DNA from: an uncultured archaeon
Lineage (GTDB): Archaea; Thermoplasmatota; Thermoplasmata; Thermoplasmatales; Thermoplasmataceae
Assembly: GCA_000965745.1 (NCBI GenBank)
Contig: CP009479.1
Coordinates: 1,312,001 to 1,376,000 of the forward strand
Length of the DNA: 64,000 nt
Direction: 5' to 3'
Below are positions 1-9,973 of the stretch, one piece after another. Position 1 is the stretch's first letter, and the number at the start of each line of letters is the position of its first letter. A program made the position numbers and the translations under genes. The notes below the pieces were generated by a model that was not told the origin of the DNA, made no database searches, and saw only the letters and a program-made list of their open reading frames with translations.

Positions 1-164
1 GCCACTTTTTCCTCGTCCAGGATATCTCCTTCATACCATTTGAATCCAGATTTCTCAAGTTCTCCAGACTTATGCCTGGAATAGTATGCCACTTCGTCGG
101 CATTGACGAGCTTGACAATATTGCTTCCAATGTATCCGGAACCACCAAAGACGATAACTTTCAT
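1..164 (-). CDS. NAD-dependent epimerase/dehydratase (SDR-like), 5' part only; runs off the window
   Basis: Manual translation of the minus strand from ATG at 164: MKVIVFGGSGYIGSNIVKLVNADEV...WYEGDILDEEKV; Rossmann GxxGxxG motif. Confidence 0.8.
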   Translation of the reverse strand, partial: MKVIVFGGSGYIGSNIVKLVNADEVAYYSRHKSGELEKSGFKWYEGDILDEEKV

Positions 165-284
165 CTTATGGTTAATCTGCCTAGTTTATTTAAAAAATGG
201 TATCTGCTTTAATCCAAAATAAGGCTTAAGGTGTGATATTCATATTCATTCCAGAATTTTAATAAGATCAATTCCCATTGAACC

Positions 285-1553
285 ATGGTTTTTATGAAGC
301 ACGAGGGAAAAAAAGTTTACATGGTGTCGGGAGGGGTTACCAAATTTGCTAAATCCACGCCTGACATGGACTTCAGGCTGAGGGTCAAGAAAGCTTTTGA
401 CTACGCAATGAAGGACGCAGGCATGAAGCTGACCGACATAGATGGTTCGGTAGCATCGTATTTCTCGGACCATTTCCAGAGGCAGCTTATGTCGGGAATC
501 ATGGCACAGGATTATCTGGGCCTAACACCAAAGCCAAGCAAGAGAGTCGAAGGCGGAGGCGCGACAGGAGGTTTGGCATTCCAGGCCGGGTTTGAGGAAA
601 TTGCATCGGGCAGGATGGACACTTGTGCGGTTTATGGTTTTGAGACCATGTCCCACGTAAACACCTGGAAGGGGAATGAATTCATCGCCTTGGCGAGTGA
701 TACAAATTTCGACTATCCCGTTGGTGGATTTTACACAGGATATTACGCAATGATGGCGGTCAGGCATATGCACGAATTTGGGACAACGCCTGAACAGCTC
801 GCAAAGGTATCAATCAAGAATCACGGAAACGCCATCAATAATCCATATTCGCAGAGCCCAATGAAACTCACTGTGGAAGATGTCAGGAATTCCCCGATGG
901 TGTCTTACCCACTGACAAGGCTTGATGTCTGTGCAATGTCGGACGGTGCAGCGGTGTCAATTCTCGCTTCGGAAGAGAAAGCTTTCGAGCTTTCAGACCA
1001 CCCTGTCCTCGTAAAGAGCATAGGGACAGGGACTGATACAATGAGGCTGGCAGACAGGCCATTCGGAAAAGTTCCTCTATTGCATAATGAGACGGAGGCT
1101 GACTATGCAAAGCTCCAGTACCCGGGAATACATTCGTTCAGGGCTGGAAGGAGTGCCGCAAAAGAAGCATACGAGGCTGCAGGCATAACCGATCCACTTA
1201 ACGAGCTGGACATCGTGGAGCTTCACGACGCATACACTTCATCAGAAGTGCAGACTTACGAAGACCTCGGACTGTGCAAGTACGGTGAAGGCGGACAGTT
1301 CGTAGAGGAAGGGAAAGCCGATCTTAACGGAAAAGTCGCGGTAAATCCGTCGGGAGGTCTTCTCGCCTGCGGGCACCCGGTTGGAGCAACGGGAATAATG
1401 CAGTCAGTTTTCATGTTCTGGCAGCTTCAGCACAGCATAAAGAAACATTTTGGAAACGACAAGCTCCAGGTGCCGAATGCAAAAAGGGGACTGATACACA
1501 GCCATGCCGGAACCGGTACATATGTTACAGCATCGATAATGGAGGCGGTATAA
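285..1553 (+). CDS. Thiolase-superfamily protein (SCP2-thiolase-like), lacking the canonical catalytic cysteines
   Basis: Thiolase motifs ELHDAY, NPSGG, GHPVGATG; EGGGATGG where CxSG is expected; adjacent DUF35 gene. Confidence 0.88.
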   Translation: MVFMKHEGKKVYMVSGGVTKFAKSTPDMDFRLRVKKAFDYAMKDAGMKLTDIDGSVASYFSDHFQRQLMSGIMAQDYLGLTPKPSKRVEGGGATGGLAFQAGFEEIASGRMDTCAVYGFETMSHVNTWKGNEFIALASDTNFDYPVGGFYTGYYAMMAVRHMHEFGTTPEQLAKVSIKNHGNAINNPYSQSPMKLTVEDVRNSPMVSYPLTRLDVCAMSDGAAVSILASEEKAFELSDHPVLVKSIGTGTDTMRLADRPFGKVPLLHNETEADYAKLQYPGIHSFRAGRSAAKEAYEAAGITDPLNELDIVELHDAYTSSEVQTYEDLGLCKYGEGGQFVEEGKADLNGKVAVNPSGGLLACGHPVGATGIMQSVFMFWQLQHSIKKHFGNDKLQVPNAKRGLIHSHAGTGTYVTASIMEAV

Positions 1554-2051
1554 ATGGTGTTAAACCCGGACGCTAAAATTCCTGAAACACAGGATGGAAC
1601 AGAAGTGTACAACGTAGATCCGCTGATAGTCAAGTCAAGCTATTCCATCGACTATATACACAGCTATGCCCAGGATTCTGAATTCTTCAGGGCCCTTGGC
1701 AGGAAAAAGCTACTTGGAAGCAAGTGCAAGGAATGCGGGTACAAATATGCAACCCCGAGAGGTCATTGCATGATGTGCGGTGCAGAGACAGAATGGGTCG
1801 AAATTCCCAATGAAGGAAAGGTCCACTCATACACTACGTGTTACTTCGGAAGTGAAGCATTCCTGCCTGAGACTCCGTTTAACCTGGTCATGGTTGAGTT
1901 TGAGGGTTTTGACTCACTGTTTCTTGCAAGGCTTATCGGAGCGGACCAGGAAGACCTTTACGTCGGAATGCCAATAAGGGCAAGGTTCAAGAGAAACCTG
2001 AAGTTCAGCCCGACGGATGTATATTTTGTGCCGATAGTGGACAAGAAGTAA
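1554..2051 (+). CDS. DUF35 Zn-ribbon/OB-fold protein (acyl-CoA-binding thiolase partner)
   Basis: CKECG...PRGHCMMCG zinc ribbon followed by OB-fold (GKVHSYT...VGMPIRARF); starts immediately after the thiolase stop. Confidence 0.9.
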   Translation: MVLNPDAKIPETQDGTEVYNVDPLIVKSSYSIDYIHSYAQDSEFFRALGRKKLLGSKCKECGYKYATPRGHCMMCGAETEWVEIPNEGKVHSYTTCYFGSEAFLPETPFNLVMVEFEGFDSLFLARLIGADQEDLYVGMPIRARFKRNLKFSPTDVYFVPIVDKK

Positions 2052-2070
2052 GACTCATCCCCGGCACCAC

Positions 2071-2085
2071 TTTCTTTTTTCTTTT
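2071..2085 (+). terminator. Oligo-T archaeal terminator after thiolase-DUF35
   Basis: TTTCTTTTTTCTTTT about 20 nt after the stop codon. Confidence 0.5.
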
Positions 2086-2127
2086 CCGACCGCAAAAAAA
2101 TCTATAGATCGAATAGGATACGGTTCT

Positions 2128-3726
2128 GTGTCTCAGTTCTCAAACGAAAATGATGACGTTTTCCTGATCAAACTCCAGAGGATGATTGACAGGGGAGCAC
2201 TTATTTCAAGGTACAGCAGGACATCAAACCCTGACATTCGGGACCTTTACAGGAAGGAATTCGAAAAGGACGAATCCCGGGGTGCAGACTTCTACAAGCG
2301 CGTATTCCTGGAATACGGAGACGAATCAGTCGCAGAACTTGTTACAGCACAGGTCGGGCTTCAGAACGTCACGAACATTGCAACCAAAGTTCTCGAGGAG
2401 GGGAGGATCGGCCTGTCCTTCATCGAAAAATCTTCCAGGTACGTCAGGTACGACAAGAAGGCAAACGGAAGATACCTGTTCGCAAGCGCTGAAAAAATAG
2501 GGTTGAACAGGTCTCTAGCCGAACTTTATGAAGATCACTGCAACGCTCTTTTTGAGACATATTCAGATTTTTACAACCTTATAAGAGAAGAAATCCGCGA
2601 GGAATACCCCATTGGGAAATTCGCGTTCAAGGACTCCTCCGATGGAAAACAAAAGCCATTTGGCGAACTTAAGGAGGAATCAGACCTCAAGATTGCGGAG
2701 AAATCATATGAGAGCTCTGTAAGGGCCAAGGCTCTTGACGAGATAAGGTTCCTGCTTCCGGCCTCAACACTCACGAATATGGGAATATCCGGAAACGGCA
2801 GAGCCTTCATCTCCCTGCTCCAGAGGCTACATCACTACGGACTGCCTGAAACTGTTAAACTATCGGATTCACTCTTCAGGGAACTTGAAGGGGAATTCCC
2901 GGAGATCATTGATGCATCATTCTCAAAACATGGCCAGGAAATGCTCGATTACCTGGCTCGAAAGGACGCTGCCTCAAGGGCCGAATTAGACGGTGGTTCC
3001 TCACTTCCGCTGGTAAAACTAGTGTCACACGACGAAGAGCTGTCCGCTATAAACAGGATACTATCCCTTTCAGGCTTCAGTGAAACCGGCGACCTTCCCG
3101 GAGCAATGGAAAAGATCGAATCCATGCCTGTTGGGGAAAAAATATCCCTGATACACCAGCTCGGGAACGTACGTGAAAACAGGAGGCACAAACCCGGGCG
3201 TGCGTTCGAGTCCACATCATACACATTCCAGGTCACAACAAACTACGGAGCCTTCAGGGATTTTCAGCGCCACCGGTTTATCTCAGTAATAAGGGGCGAT
3301 CTGTCAACCAAATACGGCTACGACATCCCTGAATTGATTTACATGCACCCGGACATGAGCGAGAGATACGTGAATATGATGGAACTCACCAAGAAAGTCT
3401 ACAAGGGTATATACAATAAGGACGGACCCAGGATGGCGCAGTATATTGTCCCCTACGCCTACAGGTACCCTGTTGCAGCGACGATGAACTTCAGGGAACT
3501 CACGTATTTCATAGAACTCAGGTCAACACCCCAGGCTCATGAGGACCTGAGAAGGATTGCCGTATCCATGTATAACGAGGTCAAGAAGGTGCACCCGGAC
3601 CTTGTTCAGGTCATAAAATTTCTTGACAGCACGACCTACCCCCTGGGGCGTGTCGCTGCCGAGTCGCGCAAAGAGGAGAGGATAAGGAACCTGGATGAAA
3701 ACATGGGAGGCCGTAACCCGAACTGA
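2128..3726 (+). CDS. thyX: FAD-dependent thymidylate synthase ThyX, tandem-domain form
   Basis: YGDESVAE, SFIEKSSRY, FRDFQRHR, ELRSTPQAH motifs; 532 aa, about two ThyX domains. Confidence 0.9.
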   Translation: MSQFSNENDDVFLIKLQRMIDRGALISRYSRTSNPDIRDLYRKEFEKDESRGADFYKRVFLEYGDESVAELVTAQVGLQNVTNIATKVLEEGRIGLSFIEKSSRYVRYDKKANGRYLFASAEKIGLNRSLAELYEDHCNALFETYSDFYNLIREEIREEYPIGKFAFKDSSDGKQKPFGELKEESDLKIAEKSYESSVRAKALDEIRFLLPASTLTNMGISGNGRAFISLLQRLHHYGLPETVKLSDSLFRELEGEFPEIIDASFSKHGQEMLDYLARKDAASRAELDGGSSLPLVKLVSHDEELSAINRILSLSGFSETGDLPGAMEKIESMPVGEKISLIHQLGNVRENRRHKPGRAFESTSYTFQVTTNYGAFRDFQRHRFISVIRGDLSTKYGYDIPELIYMHPDMSERYVNMMELTKKVYKGIYNKDGPRMAQYIVPYAYRYPVAATMNFRELTYFIELRSTPQAHEDLRRIAVSMYNEVKKVHPDLVQVIKFLDSTTYPLGRVAAESRKEERIRNLDENMGGRNPN

Positions 3727-3765
3727 GGTTGCGGAATAACCCATGGGAGCAGTTAGCACAGATAC

Positions 3766-3787
3766 CTTAAAATATGCGCATTTTAAG
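3766..3787. promoter_or_regulatory. Inverted repeat CTTAAAAT-N6-ATTTTAAG upstream of the thermosome promoter (candidate operator)
   Basis: Perfect 8-bp arms, about 30 bp upstream of the TATA box at 3820-3825. Confidence 0.4.
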
Positions 3788-3812
3788 ACAGTTTCATGGG
3801 ACAGGTTGTCTT

Positions 3813-3827
3813 AACAAAGTTTATATT
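3813..3827 (+). promoter_or_regulatory. BRE/TATA promoter of the thermosome gene
   Basis: AACAAAG-TTTATATT about 45 nt upstream of ATG; SD AGGTGA at 3855-3860. Confidence 0.55.
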
Positions 3828-3868
3828 GAAGAACATATTTATCCGCCTACTAAAAGGTGAATGATTAA

Positions 3869-5482
3869 ATGTTATCGGGACAGATGCCAATTTTAGTTCT
3901 TAGGGAAGGCACTTCGAGAGAGCAGGGAAGAAGTGCCCAGAAAAACAACATAGAAGCTGCGAAAGCCATTGCTGATGCAATTAGGACTACACTTGGCCCA
4001 AACGGTATGGACAAGATGCTTGTTGACTCCATCGGGGATATCATTATCTCAAACGATGGGGCAACCATCCTGAAGGAAATGGATGTTGATCATCCTACGG
4101 CCAAGATGATAGTTGAAGTTGCCAAATCACAGGACACCGCTGTGGGAGACGGAACCACTTCCGCTGTCATACTGGCGGGCGAGTTGCTGAAACAGGCTGA
4201 ATCACTTCTGGAGCAGGGAGTTCATTCAACAGTCATAGCGAATGGATACTACATGGCGCTAGCAGAAGCAAAGAAAGTGCTTGACTCCGCATCAATCAAG
4301 GCCAGCGACGACAAAACCCTGAAGAAGATTGCACTTACGGCACTTTCGGGCAAGAACACCGGTGTGTCAAGCGACTTCCTCGCAGAAATAGTGGTTCAGG
4401 CAATCAACGCGGTTGCTGAAAAAGTGGATGGGAAAGTAGTGGTTGACACTGCAAACATCAAGGTTGACAAGAAAAACGGCGGCAGCGCTTCTGACACATC
4501 CCTCATCAACGGCCTTATTGTTGACAAGGAGAAAGTGCACTCCAAGATGCCATCAATAGTCAACGACGCAAAGATCGCTCTGGTCGATTCCGCACTGGAA
4601 ATAAAGAAGACCGAAATCGAAGCAAAAGTGCAGATATCCGACCCCACAAAGATACAGGATTTCCTGGCACAGGAGTCCGGAACATTCAAGAAAATGGTCG
4701 AAAAAGTCAAGTCTTCCGGCGCCACCGTTGTACTCTGCCAGAAGGGCATTGACGACATAGCACAGCACTACCTTGCCAAGGAAGGCATATATGCGGTCAG
4801 AAGGGTGAAGAAGAGCGACATGGAGAAGCTTGCGAAAGCCACAGGTGCCAAACTCATAACAAACCTCGACGATCTTTTATCAAGCAGCCTGGGAAAAGCC
4901 GAGAGAGTAGAGGAGAAGAAGATCGGCGATGACAGGATGACCTTCATTACCGGATGCGCAAACCCAAAAGCTGTCAACATACTGATAAGGGGAGGAACAG
5001 AGCATGTTGTTTCTGAAATTGAAAGGGCAATCCACGACGCAATCAGGGTAGTCGGATTGGTCAAGGAAGATGGAAGATACCTGCCAGGCGGCGGAGCCAT
5101 CGATGCCGAACTTGCAATGAAGATCAGGTCTTTCTCCAACTCAGTCGGTGGAAGGGAACAGCTCGCGGTCGAAGCTTTCGCAAAGGCGCTTGAAGTTATA
5201 CCAAGAACTCTTGCGGAAAATGCAGGGCTTGACCCAATAAACACGCTCATCGAGCTTAAGGCTCAACATGAGAAAGGAAACAGCACATACGGTGTAAACT
5301 TCGAGGAGAGCACTGTTTCCGACATGGCAAAGCTTGGTGTCTTCGATCCTCTGAGTGTAAAGCGACACGCTCTTGGAAGCGCTGTCGAAGTCTCTGCTAT
5401 GATCCTGAGGATAGATGACGTCATAGCAAGCAGGAAGAGCGGAGGGGCAGGCGCACCTGGCGGCGGAATGCCGGGAATGTAA
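3869..5482 (+). CDS. thsA: Thermosome (group II chaperonin) alpha subunit
   Basis: [27 protein letters not shown] motifs and GGM tail; close resemblance to the Thermoplasma alpha subunit. Confidence 0.95.
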   Translation: MLSGQMPILVLREGTSREQGRSAQKNNIEAAKAIADAIRTTLGPNGMDKMLVDSIGDIIISNDGATILKEMDVDHPTAKMIVEVAKSQDTAVGDGTTSAVILAGELLKQAESLLEQGVHSTVIANGYYMALAEAKKVLDSASIKASDDKTLKKIALTALSGKNTGVSSDFLAEIVVQAINAVAEKVDGKVVVDTANIKVDKKNGGSASDTSLINGLIVDKEKVHSKMPSIVNDAKIALVDSALEIKKTEIEAKVQISDPTKIQDFLAQESGTFKKMVEKVKSSGATVVLCQKGIDDIAQHYLAKEGIYAVRRVKKSDMEKLAKATGAKLITNLDDLLSSSLGKAERVEEKKIGDDRMTFITGCANPKAVNILIRGGTEHVVSEIERAIHDAIRVVGLVKEDGRYLPGGGAIDAELAMKIRSFSNSVGGREQLAVEAFAKALEVIPRTLAENAGLDPINTLIELKAQHEKGNSTYGVNFEESTVSDMAKLGVFDPLSVKRHALGSAVEVSAMILRIDDVIASRKSGGAGAPGGGMPGM

Positions 5483-5543
5483 GCTCTATATTTTATTATA
5501 CACCAATTTTTTATTTCATATCCTGATGCAGTTCTGAACTTTT

Positions 5544-6518
5544 ATGGATCTGCAGTTTAACATTTCCAGGAAATCCTCTGAAGAGGACGAGAGAAGGGAT
5601 TTTGACTTCATAGTTATTGGTGCTGGGGCAGCAGGGCTTTCCGCGGCGGTTTATGCAGTAAGGTCAGGTCTCAGTGCAGTTGTATTGGACAAACAGGTTG
5701 CCGGGGGCCTCACTGCCGAATCGCCGCTTGTTGAGAACTATCTTGGCTTCAAGGCTATAAAGGGGACAGATCTCGCAAGGGAGTTCATCAACCATGCATC
5801 GGAATATGTCCAGATCAGGGAAAACGCAGAAGTAAACAGCATCAGGAAAGAAGGCGATCTTGTCAAGATATACGCTTCGGACGGGGAATACACAGCAAAG
5901 GCAGTTGCTATCACTACGGGAACCTCACACAAGAAACTCGGGATTCCCGGTGAAGAAGAGTACTTCGGAAAGGGGCTTTCGTACTGTTCCACATGTGATG
6001 GATATCTCTTCAAGGGAAAGGATGTTGTAGTCATAGGCGGCGGCAATTCGGGAGCAATCGCCACGATATCCATGTCAGAATACACGAACAGGATATCAAT
6101 AATAGAGTTCATGCCCAGGTATATGTGCGAGAAGGCTTACGTGCGGACAATAGAAAACAAGGAGATTCCATACATATTGAACTCCCAGGTCACTGAAGTG
6201 GTTGGAGATGGCAAGAAGGTTACTGAAGTTAAGTACAAGAACAGGGAATCAGGCGAAATGAATGAAATAAAGACAGATGGCGTATTCATTTACGTAGGTC
6301 TTGTGCCGCAAACATCTCTCCTCAAGGGGTCCGGGGTGGAACTTTCAGAGAAAGGGTACATTGTCATTGACGACAAGGGCAGAACGAACATAGAAGGGAT
6401 TTACGCAGCAGGAGACGTGACCCAGGGAACACTGGCACAGATTGCGACCGCTGTGGGTGACGGATGCAAGGTTGCCCTGACAGCATATTCCGATCTTGTA
6501 AAGTCCGGAAGGCGCTAA
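5544..6518 (+). CDS. trxB: Thioredoxin reductase (Thermoplasma type)
   Basis: GAGAAG FAD motif, active-site CSTC, GIYAAGD; HRR NADPH motif replaced by EFMPRY. Confidence 0.92.
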   Translation: MDLQFNISRKSSEEDERRDFDFIVIGAGAAGLSAAVYAVRSGLSAVVLDKQVAGGLTAESPLVENYLGFKAIKGTDLAREFINHASEYVQIRENAEVNSIRKEGDLVKIYASDGEYTAKAVAITTGTSHKKLGIPGEEEYFGKGLSYCSTCDGYLFKGKDVVVIGGGNSGAIATISMSEYTNRISIIEFMPRYMCEKAYVRTIENKEIPYILNSQVTEVVGDGKKVTEVKYKNRESGEMNEIKTDGVFIYVGLVPQTSLLKGSGVELSEKGYIVIDDKGRTNIEGIYAAGDVTQGTLAQIATAVGDGCKVALTAYSDLVKSGRR

Positions 6519-6636
6519 ACTTTCAAAGCTATTTTTCGACAAAATGGTGAATAATTCCCATTCCCACCCATAATTTCAGTTCATATATAATTGGACAGGT
6601 TTATTAATTTTCAATATATGCCGATTCGGTGGTTCA

Positions 6637-7743
6637 TTGAATCTTTACGAATATATGGGTAAGTCCATATTCAAACAGTACGGCTTGCCTGTTCCGGAAA
6701 GTTACCTTGTCGAGAAAGAAAGTGATGTAAAGAGTTTTACCAGGCCTGTGGTTGTGAAGTCTCAGATTCTACTTGGCGGAAGGGGCAAATCAGGAGGAAT
6801 AAAATTTGCCAAGAGCGAAAAGGAACTCACGCAGGGGGTCAAGGAACTTCTGGGCTCGAAGATAAGGGGACTCACAGTCACGAAAGTGCTTGTCGAGGAG
6901 ATGCTCAACATAGGCAAGGAATATTATGTGAGTATTGCCCTTAACAGAACCGACAGGGCACCCGTCCTTATTGCAACATCAGCCGGCGGGGTAGAGATAG
7001 AATCGGTCCCCGAGGATAAGATTTTCAAGAGGACTATTGATCCGCTTCTCGGCTATTCCGATTTCATTGGAAGAGAAGCAACTCAGTTCATGGGCCTGTC
7101 CCCGGAAATCGGAAAGCAGTTCAGGGGTATATTGAAGGGGCTCTATGAAATCTTTGTGAAAGAGGACTGTGAACTTGTTGAGATAAACCCGCTGGTCGAA
7201 ACAAAAGAAGGAAGGCTTATGGCCGCAGATTCCAAGGTTATAATGGACTCAGACTCCATGTTCAGGCATCCTGATATAGATATCACCGATCCTGAAAAGA
7301 CGCCTCTCGAACTCGAAGCGCAGGGAAGGGGCTACTCTTTCGTGGAGCTTCAGGGAGACATTGGAGTCATAGCCAACGGAGCAGGCCTCACAATGGCGAC
7401 CCTTGACGGCCTGACACTTCACAACGGAAAACCAAGGAATTTCCTGGACCTTGGAGGAACCGACAGTGTTGACATAGTGGTCAATGCTTTCGAGATGGTC
7501 ATGAAAGCAGATCCGAAAGCAATTCTCGTGAATATATTCGGTGGTGTTACAAAATGTGATACCGTTGCCAACGGAATTGTGGCAGCTAAGGAGAGACTAT
7601 CCATCCAGAAGCCTATTGTAGTGAGGCTCAGTGGAGTACACGAGGACGAGGGAAGAAGGATTCTTTCCGACAATGGAATTGAATCATACCCGGGAATGAT
7701 GCAGGCAATTGAGAGCGTTGTCAAGAAAGTGGGAGGTAACTAA
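6637..7743 (+). CDS. sucC: Succinyl-CoA synthetase beta subunit
   Basis: MNLYEY, GGRGKSGG, EINPL, NGAGLTMATLD, NIFGG motifs; TTG start. Confidence 0.95.
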   Translation: MNLYEYMGKSIFKQYGLPVPESYLVEKESDVKSFTRPVVVKSQILLGGRGKSGGIKFAKSEKELTQGVKELLGSKIRGLTVTKVLVEEMLNIGKEYYVSIALNRTDRAPVLIATSAGGVEIESVPEDKIFKRTIDPLLGYSDFIGREATQFMGLSPEIGKQFRGILKGLYEIFVKEDCELVEINPLVETKEGRLMAADSKVIMDSDSMFRHPDIDITDPEKTPLELEAQGRGYSFVELQGDIGVIANGAGLTMATLDGLTLHNGKPRNFLDLGGTDSVDIVVNAFEMVMKADPKAILVNIFGGVTKCDTVANGIVAAKERLSIQKPIVVRLSGVHEDEGRRILSDNGIESYPGMMQAIESVVKKVGGN

Positions 7744-7744
7744 C

Positions 7745-8602
7745 ATGTCAGTTATAGTTGATAAGGACACCAGGGTAATTGTGCAGGGAATCACAGGGCA
7801 TCAGGGCTCATTCCATGCAGGTGAGATGCTGAAATTCGGCACAAACATTGTTGCGGGAGTATCTCCGGGAAAAGGCGGCCAGAAGTTCCAGGACAAAGTG
7901 CCTATATACAATTCCATAAGGGAGACACTTCACCTTGAGCCAAATGCCACGATGATTTCAGTGCCTGCACCTCTAGTGAAGGACGCAGCTTTCGAAGCCA
8001 TGGACGCAGGACTGAAGGTCGTGTACATACTCACGGAACATGTTCCTTTCCACGACTCTATGCTTATCGTGCACCACGCAAGGAGGAAAGGCGCAACCGT
8101 TATAGGGCCAAACGGACCCGGTGTGACTGTCCCCGGAGTGTGCAAGATGGGCATAATGCCAAACCAGATATTCAGGGACGGTGACGTTGCTGTGGCCTCA
8201 AGGAGTGGAACACTCACATACGAGATAGTCGAAGCCATCACCAACAGCGGAATGGGTGAGAGCGCGGTCATTGGCCTGGGGGGAGACCCAGTGGTAGGGC
8301 TGACTTTCATTGACGTTCTTGACATGTTTGAGGCAGACGAGAAGACCAAGAAGATTGTCCTCGTTGGTGAGATTGGCGGAAACAACGAGGAGATAGCTGC
8401 AGAATACATCAAGCACAATATCTCAAAGCCTGTGGTTGCCTACATAACTGGAAGAAGCGCCCCCCCTGGAAAGAGGATGGGGCACGCCGGAGCAATCATA
8501 GAGCGGGGAGTAGGAACCGCTGACTCCAAGATAAAGGCATTCAATGCCGCAGGAGTCAAGGTAGCCGACTATCCGCAGGATGTTCCAAAACTTCTGAGGT
8601 GA
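7745..8602 (+). CDS. sucD: Succinyl-CoA synthetase alpha subunit
   Basis: QGITG, GPNGPG, SRSGTLTYE, phospho-His MGHAGA; ATG at 7745 after SD GGAGGT. Confidence 0.95.
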   Translation: MSVIVDKDTRVIVQGITGHQGSFHAGEMLKFGTNIVAGVSPGKGGQKFQDKVPIYNSIRETLHLEPNATMISVPAPLVKDAAFEAMDAGLKVVYILTEHVPFHDSMLIVHHARRKGATVIGPNGPGVTVPGVCKMGIMPNQIFRDGDVAVASRSGTLTYEIVEAITNSGMGESAVIGLGGDPVVGLTFIDVLDMFEADEKTKKIVLVGEIGGNNEEIAAEYIKHNISKPVVAYITGRSAPPGKRMGHAGAIIERGVGTADSKIKAFNAAGVKVADYPQDVPKLLR

Positions 8603-9519
8603 GCGCAATGAAAAGGGATATTATCTCAGTACTCGACATGGAAAATGAACTGGATGAGATCATCGATCTCTCCATGAAATTGAAAAGGAACAGATACGAG
8701 TCATACGATCATGCCAGGAACAGAGTACTTGGGATGATATTCGAGAAGCCTAGCACCAGGACACGTGTGTCTCTGGAAACCGCAATGGCTCAGCTCGGCG
8801 GACATGCAATATACCTCAATCCGAACGACATGCAGATGGGGCGTGGCGAAACCGTAGCAGATACTGCCAGAGTCCTGTCCGGCTTCGTGGATGTAATCTC
8901 CTACCGGGCTTTCAGCCACAGCAATGTGGTTGAGCTTGCCCAGAACGCGTCAGTGCCTGTCATAAATGCTCTCGACGACCTTGAACATCCTGTTCAGATC
9001 GTTGCAGATTTCATGACACTCAAGGAAAAGAAAGGCCGCCTCGGTGGACTTAAGCTGGCATATCTCGGTGATGGTAACAACGTCGCAAACTCTCTTCTTC
9101 TGGGGGGCGCCATAACAGGGATGGACGTTTATGTCGGATGCCCCAGGGGATATGAGCCTAACAAGGAAATACTGGAAAAGGCAAAGCAAAGGGCCAGGTC
9201 GACCGGATCGAGCATAGTGGTTACACAGGACCCTGTCGAAGCAGTCAAAGATGCGGATGCCGTTTACACTGATGTCTGGGCATCAATGGGCGATGAGTCA
9301 GTCAGGGAAAAGAAGGAAAAGGACCTCAAGAACTTTCAGGTCAACTCTGAAATTGTCTCCCATGCGAAGAAGGACTACACTTTCCTGCACTGCCTGCCTG
9401 CCCACAGGGGCCTTGAAGTGACGGGGGACGTGATAGACGGAGTCAACAGTGCAGTCTTCCAGGAAGCTGAGAACAGGCTTCACACAGAAAAGGCTTTGAT
9501 TTACAGGCTTCTGGAGTAA
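8599..9519 (+). CDS. argF: Ornithine carbamoyltransferase
   Basis: STRTR, HPVQ, DVWASMG, HCLP motifs. Confidence 0.95.
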   Translation: MSAMKRDIISVLDMENELDEIIDLSMKLKRNRYESYDHARNRVLGMIFEKPSTRTRVSLETAMAQLGGHAIYLNPNDMQMGRGETVADTARVLSGFVDVISYRAFSHSNVVELAQNASVPVINALDDLEHPVQIVADFMTLKEKKGRLGGLKLAYLGDGNNVANSLLLGGAITGMDVYVGCPRGYEPNKEILEKAKQRARSTGSSIVVTQDPVEAVKDADAVYTDVWASMGDESVREKKEKDLKNFQVNSEIVSHAKKDYTFLHCLPAHRGLEVTGDVIDGVNSAVFQEAENRLHTEKALIYRLLE

Positions 9520-9637
9520 TCTGGATTTAATACTCCATTTTTATTTTCCTGAAATTTTGACAGGCAGATTTCCGGGTTTATCCTAAAACACATATAAATC
9601 TCAAGAAGATTTTAATATGTGTAAGATATAGAACTTT

Positions 9638-9961
9638 ATGCCTGCTCCCTCAAAGCTGAGAAAGAGGAATGATATAAACAGTGTAATTTCCCAGATAAGA
9701 AAAGAAAATGAGCTGAAAGACATTCCGAATGTTCTTGTTCCTCTGTGGCAGCTTAAAATAAGGGAAAGATTCGGGATAAATCTCGACAGGGAAATCGCGG
9801 AGTACGTTGTACTTGCCGCTCATGAAAGAGGGACATGGAAAAAGCAGAGAGCTATCAGGAAAATAGAAAAGATACTGGTGGGCAGAGGAGAAACAAGTGA
9901 AAGCTCATCGAAAATAGCAAATGAAATTGTCCAGCTGGCAGTTGGGCAGAACACACAGTGA
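9638..9961 (+). CDS. Hypothetical basic protein (107 aa)
   Basis: Clean ORF after a TATA-like element; upstream of a methyltransferase; no recognised motif. Confidence 0.65.
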   Translation: MPAPSKLRKRNDINSVISQIRKENELKDIPNVLVPLWQLKIRERFGINLDREIAEYVVLAAHERGTWKKQRAIRKIEKILVGRGETSESSSKIANEIVQLAVGQNTQ

Positions 9962-9973
9962 TAGAGACCCACC

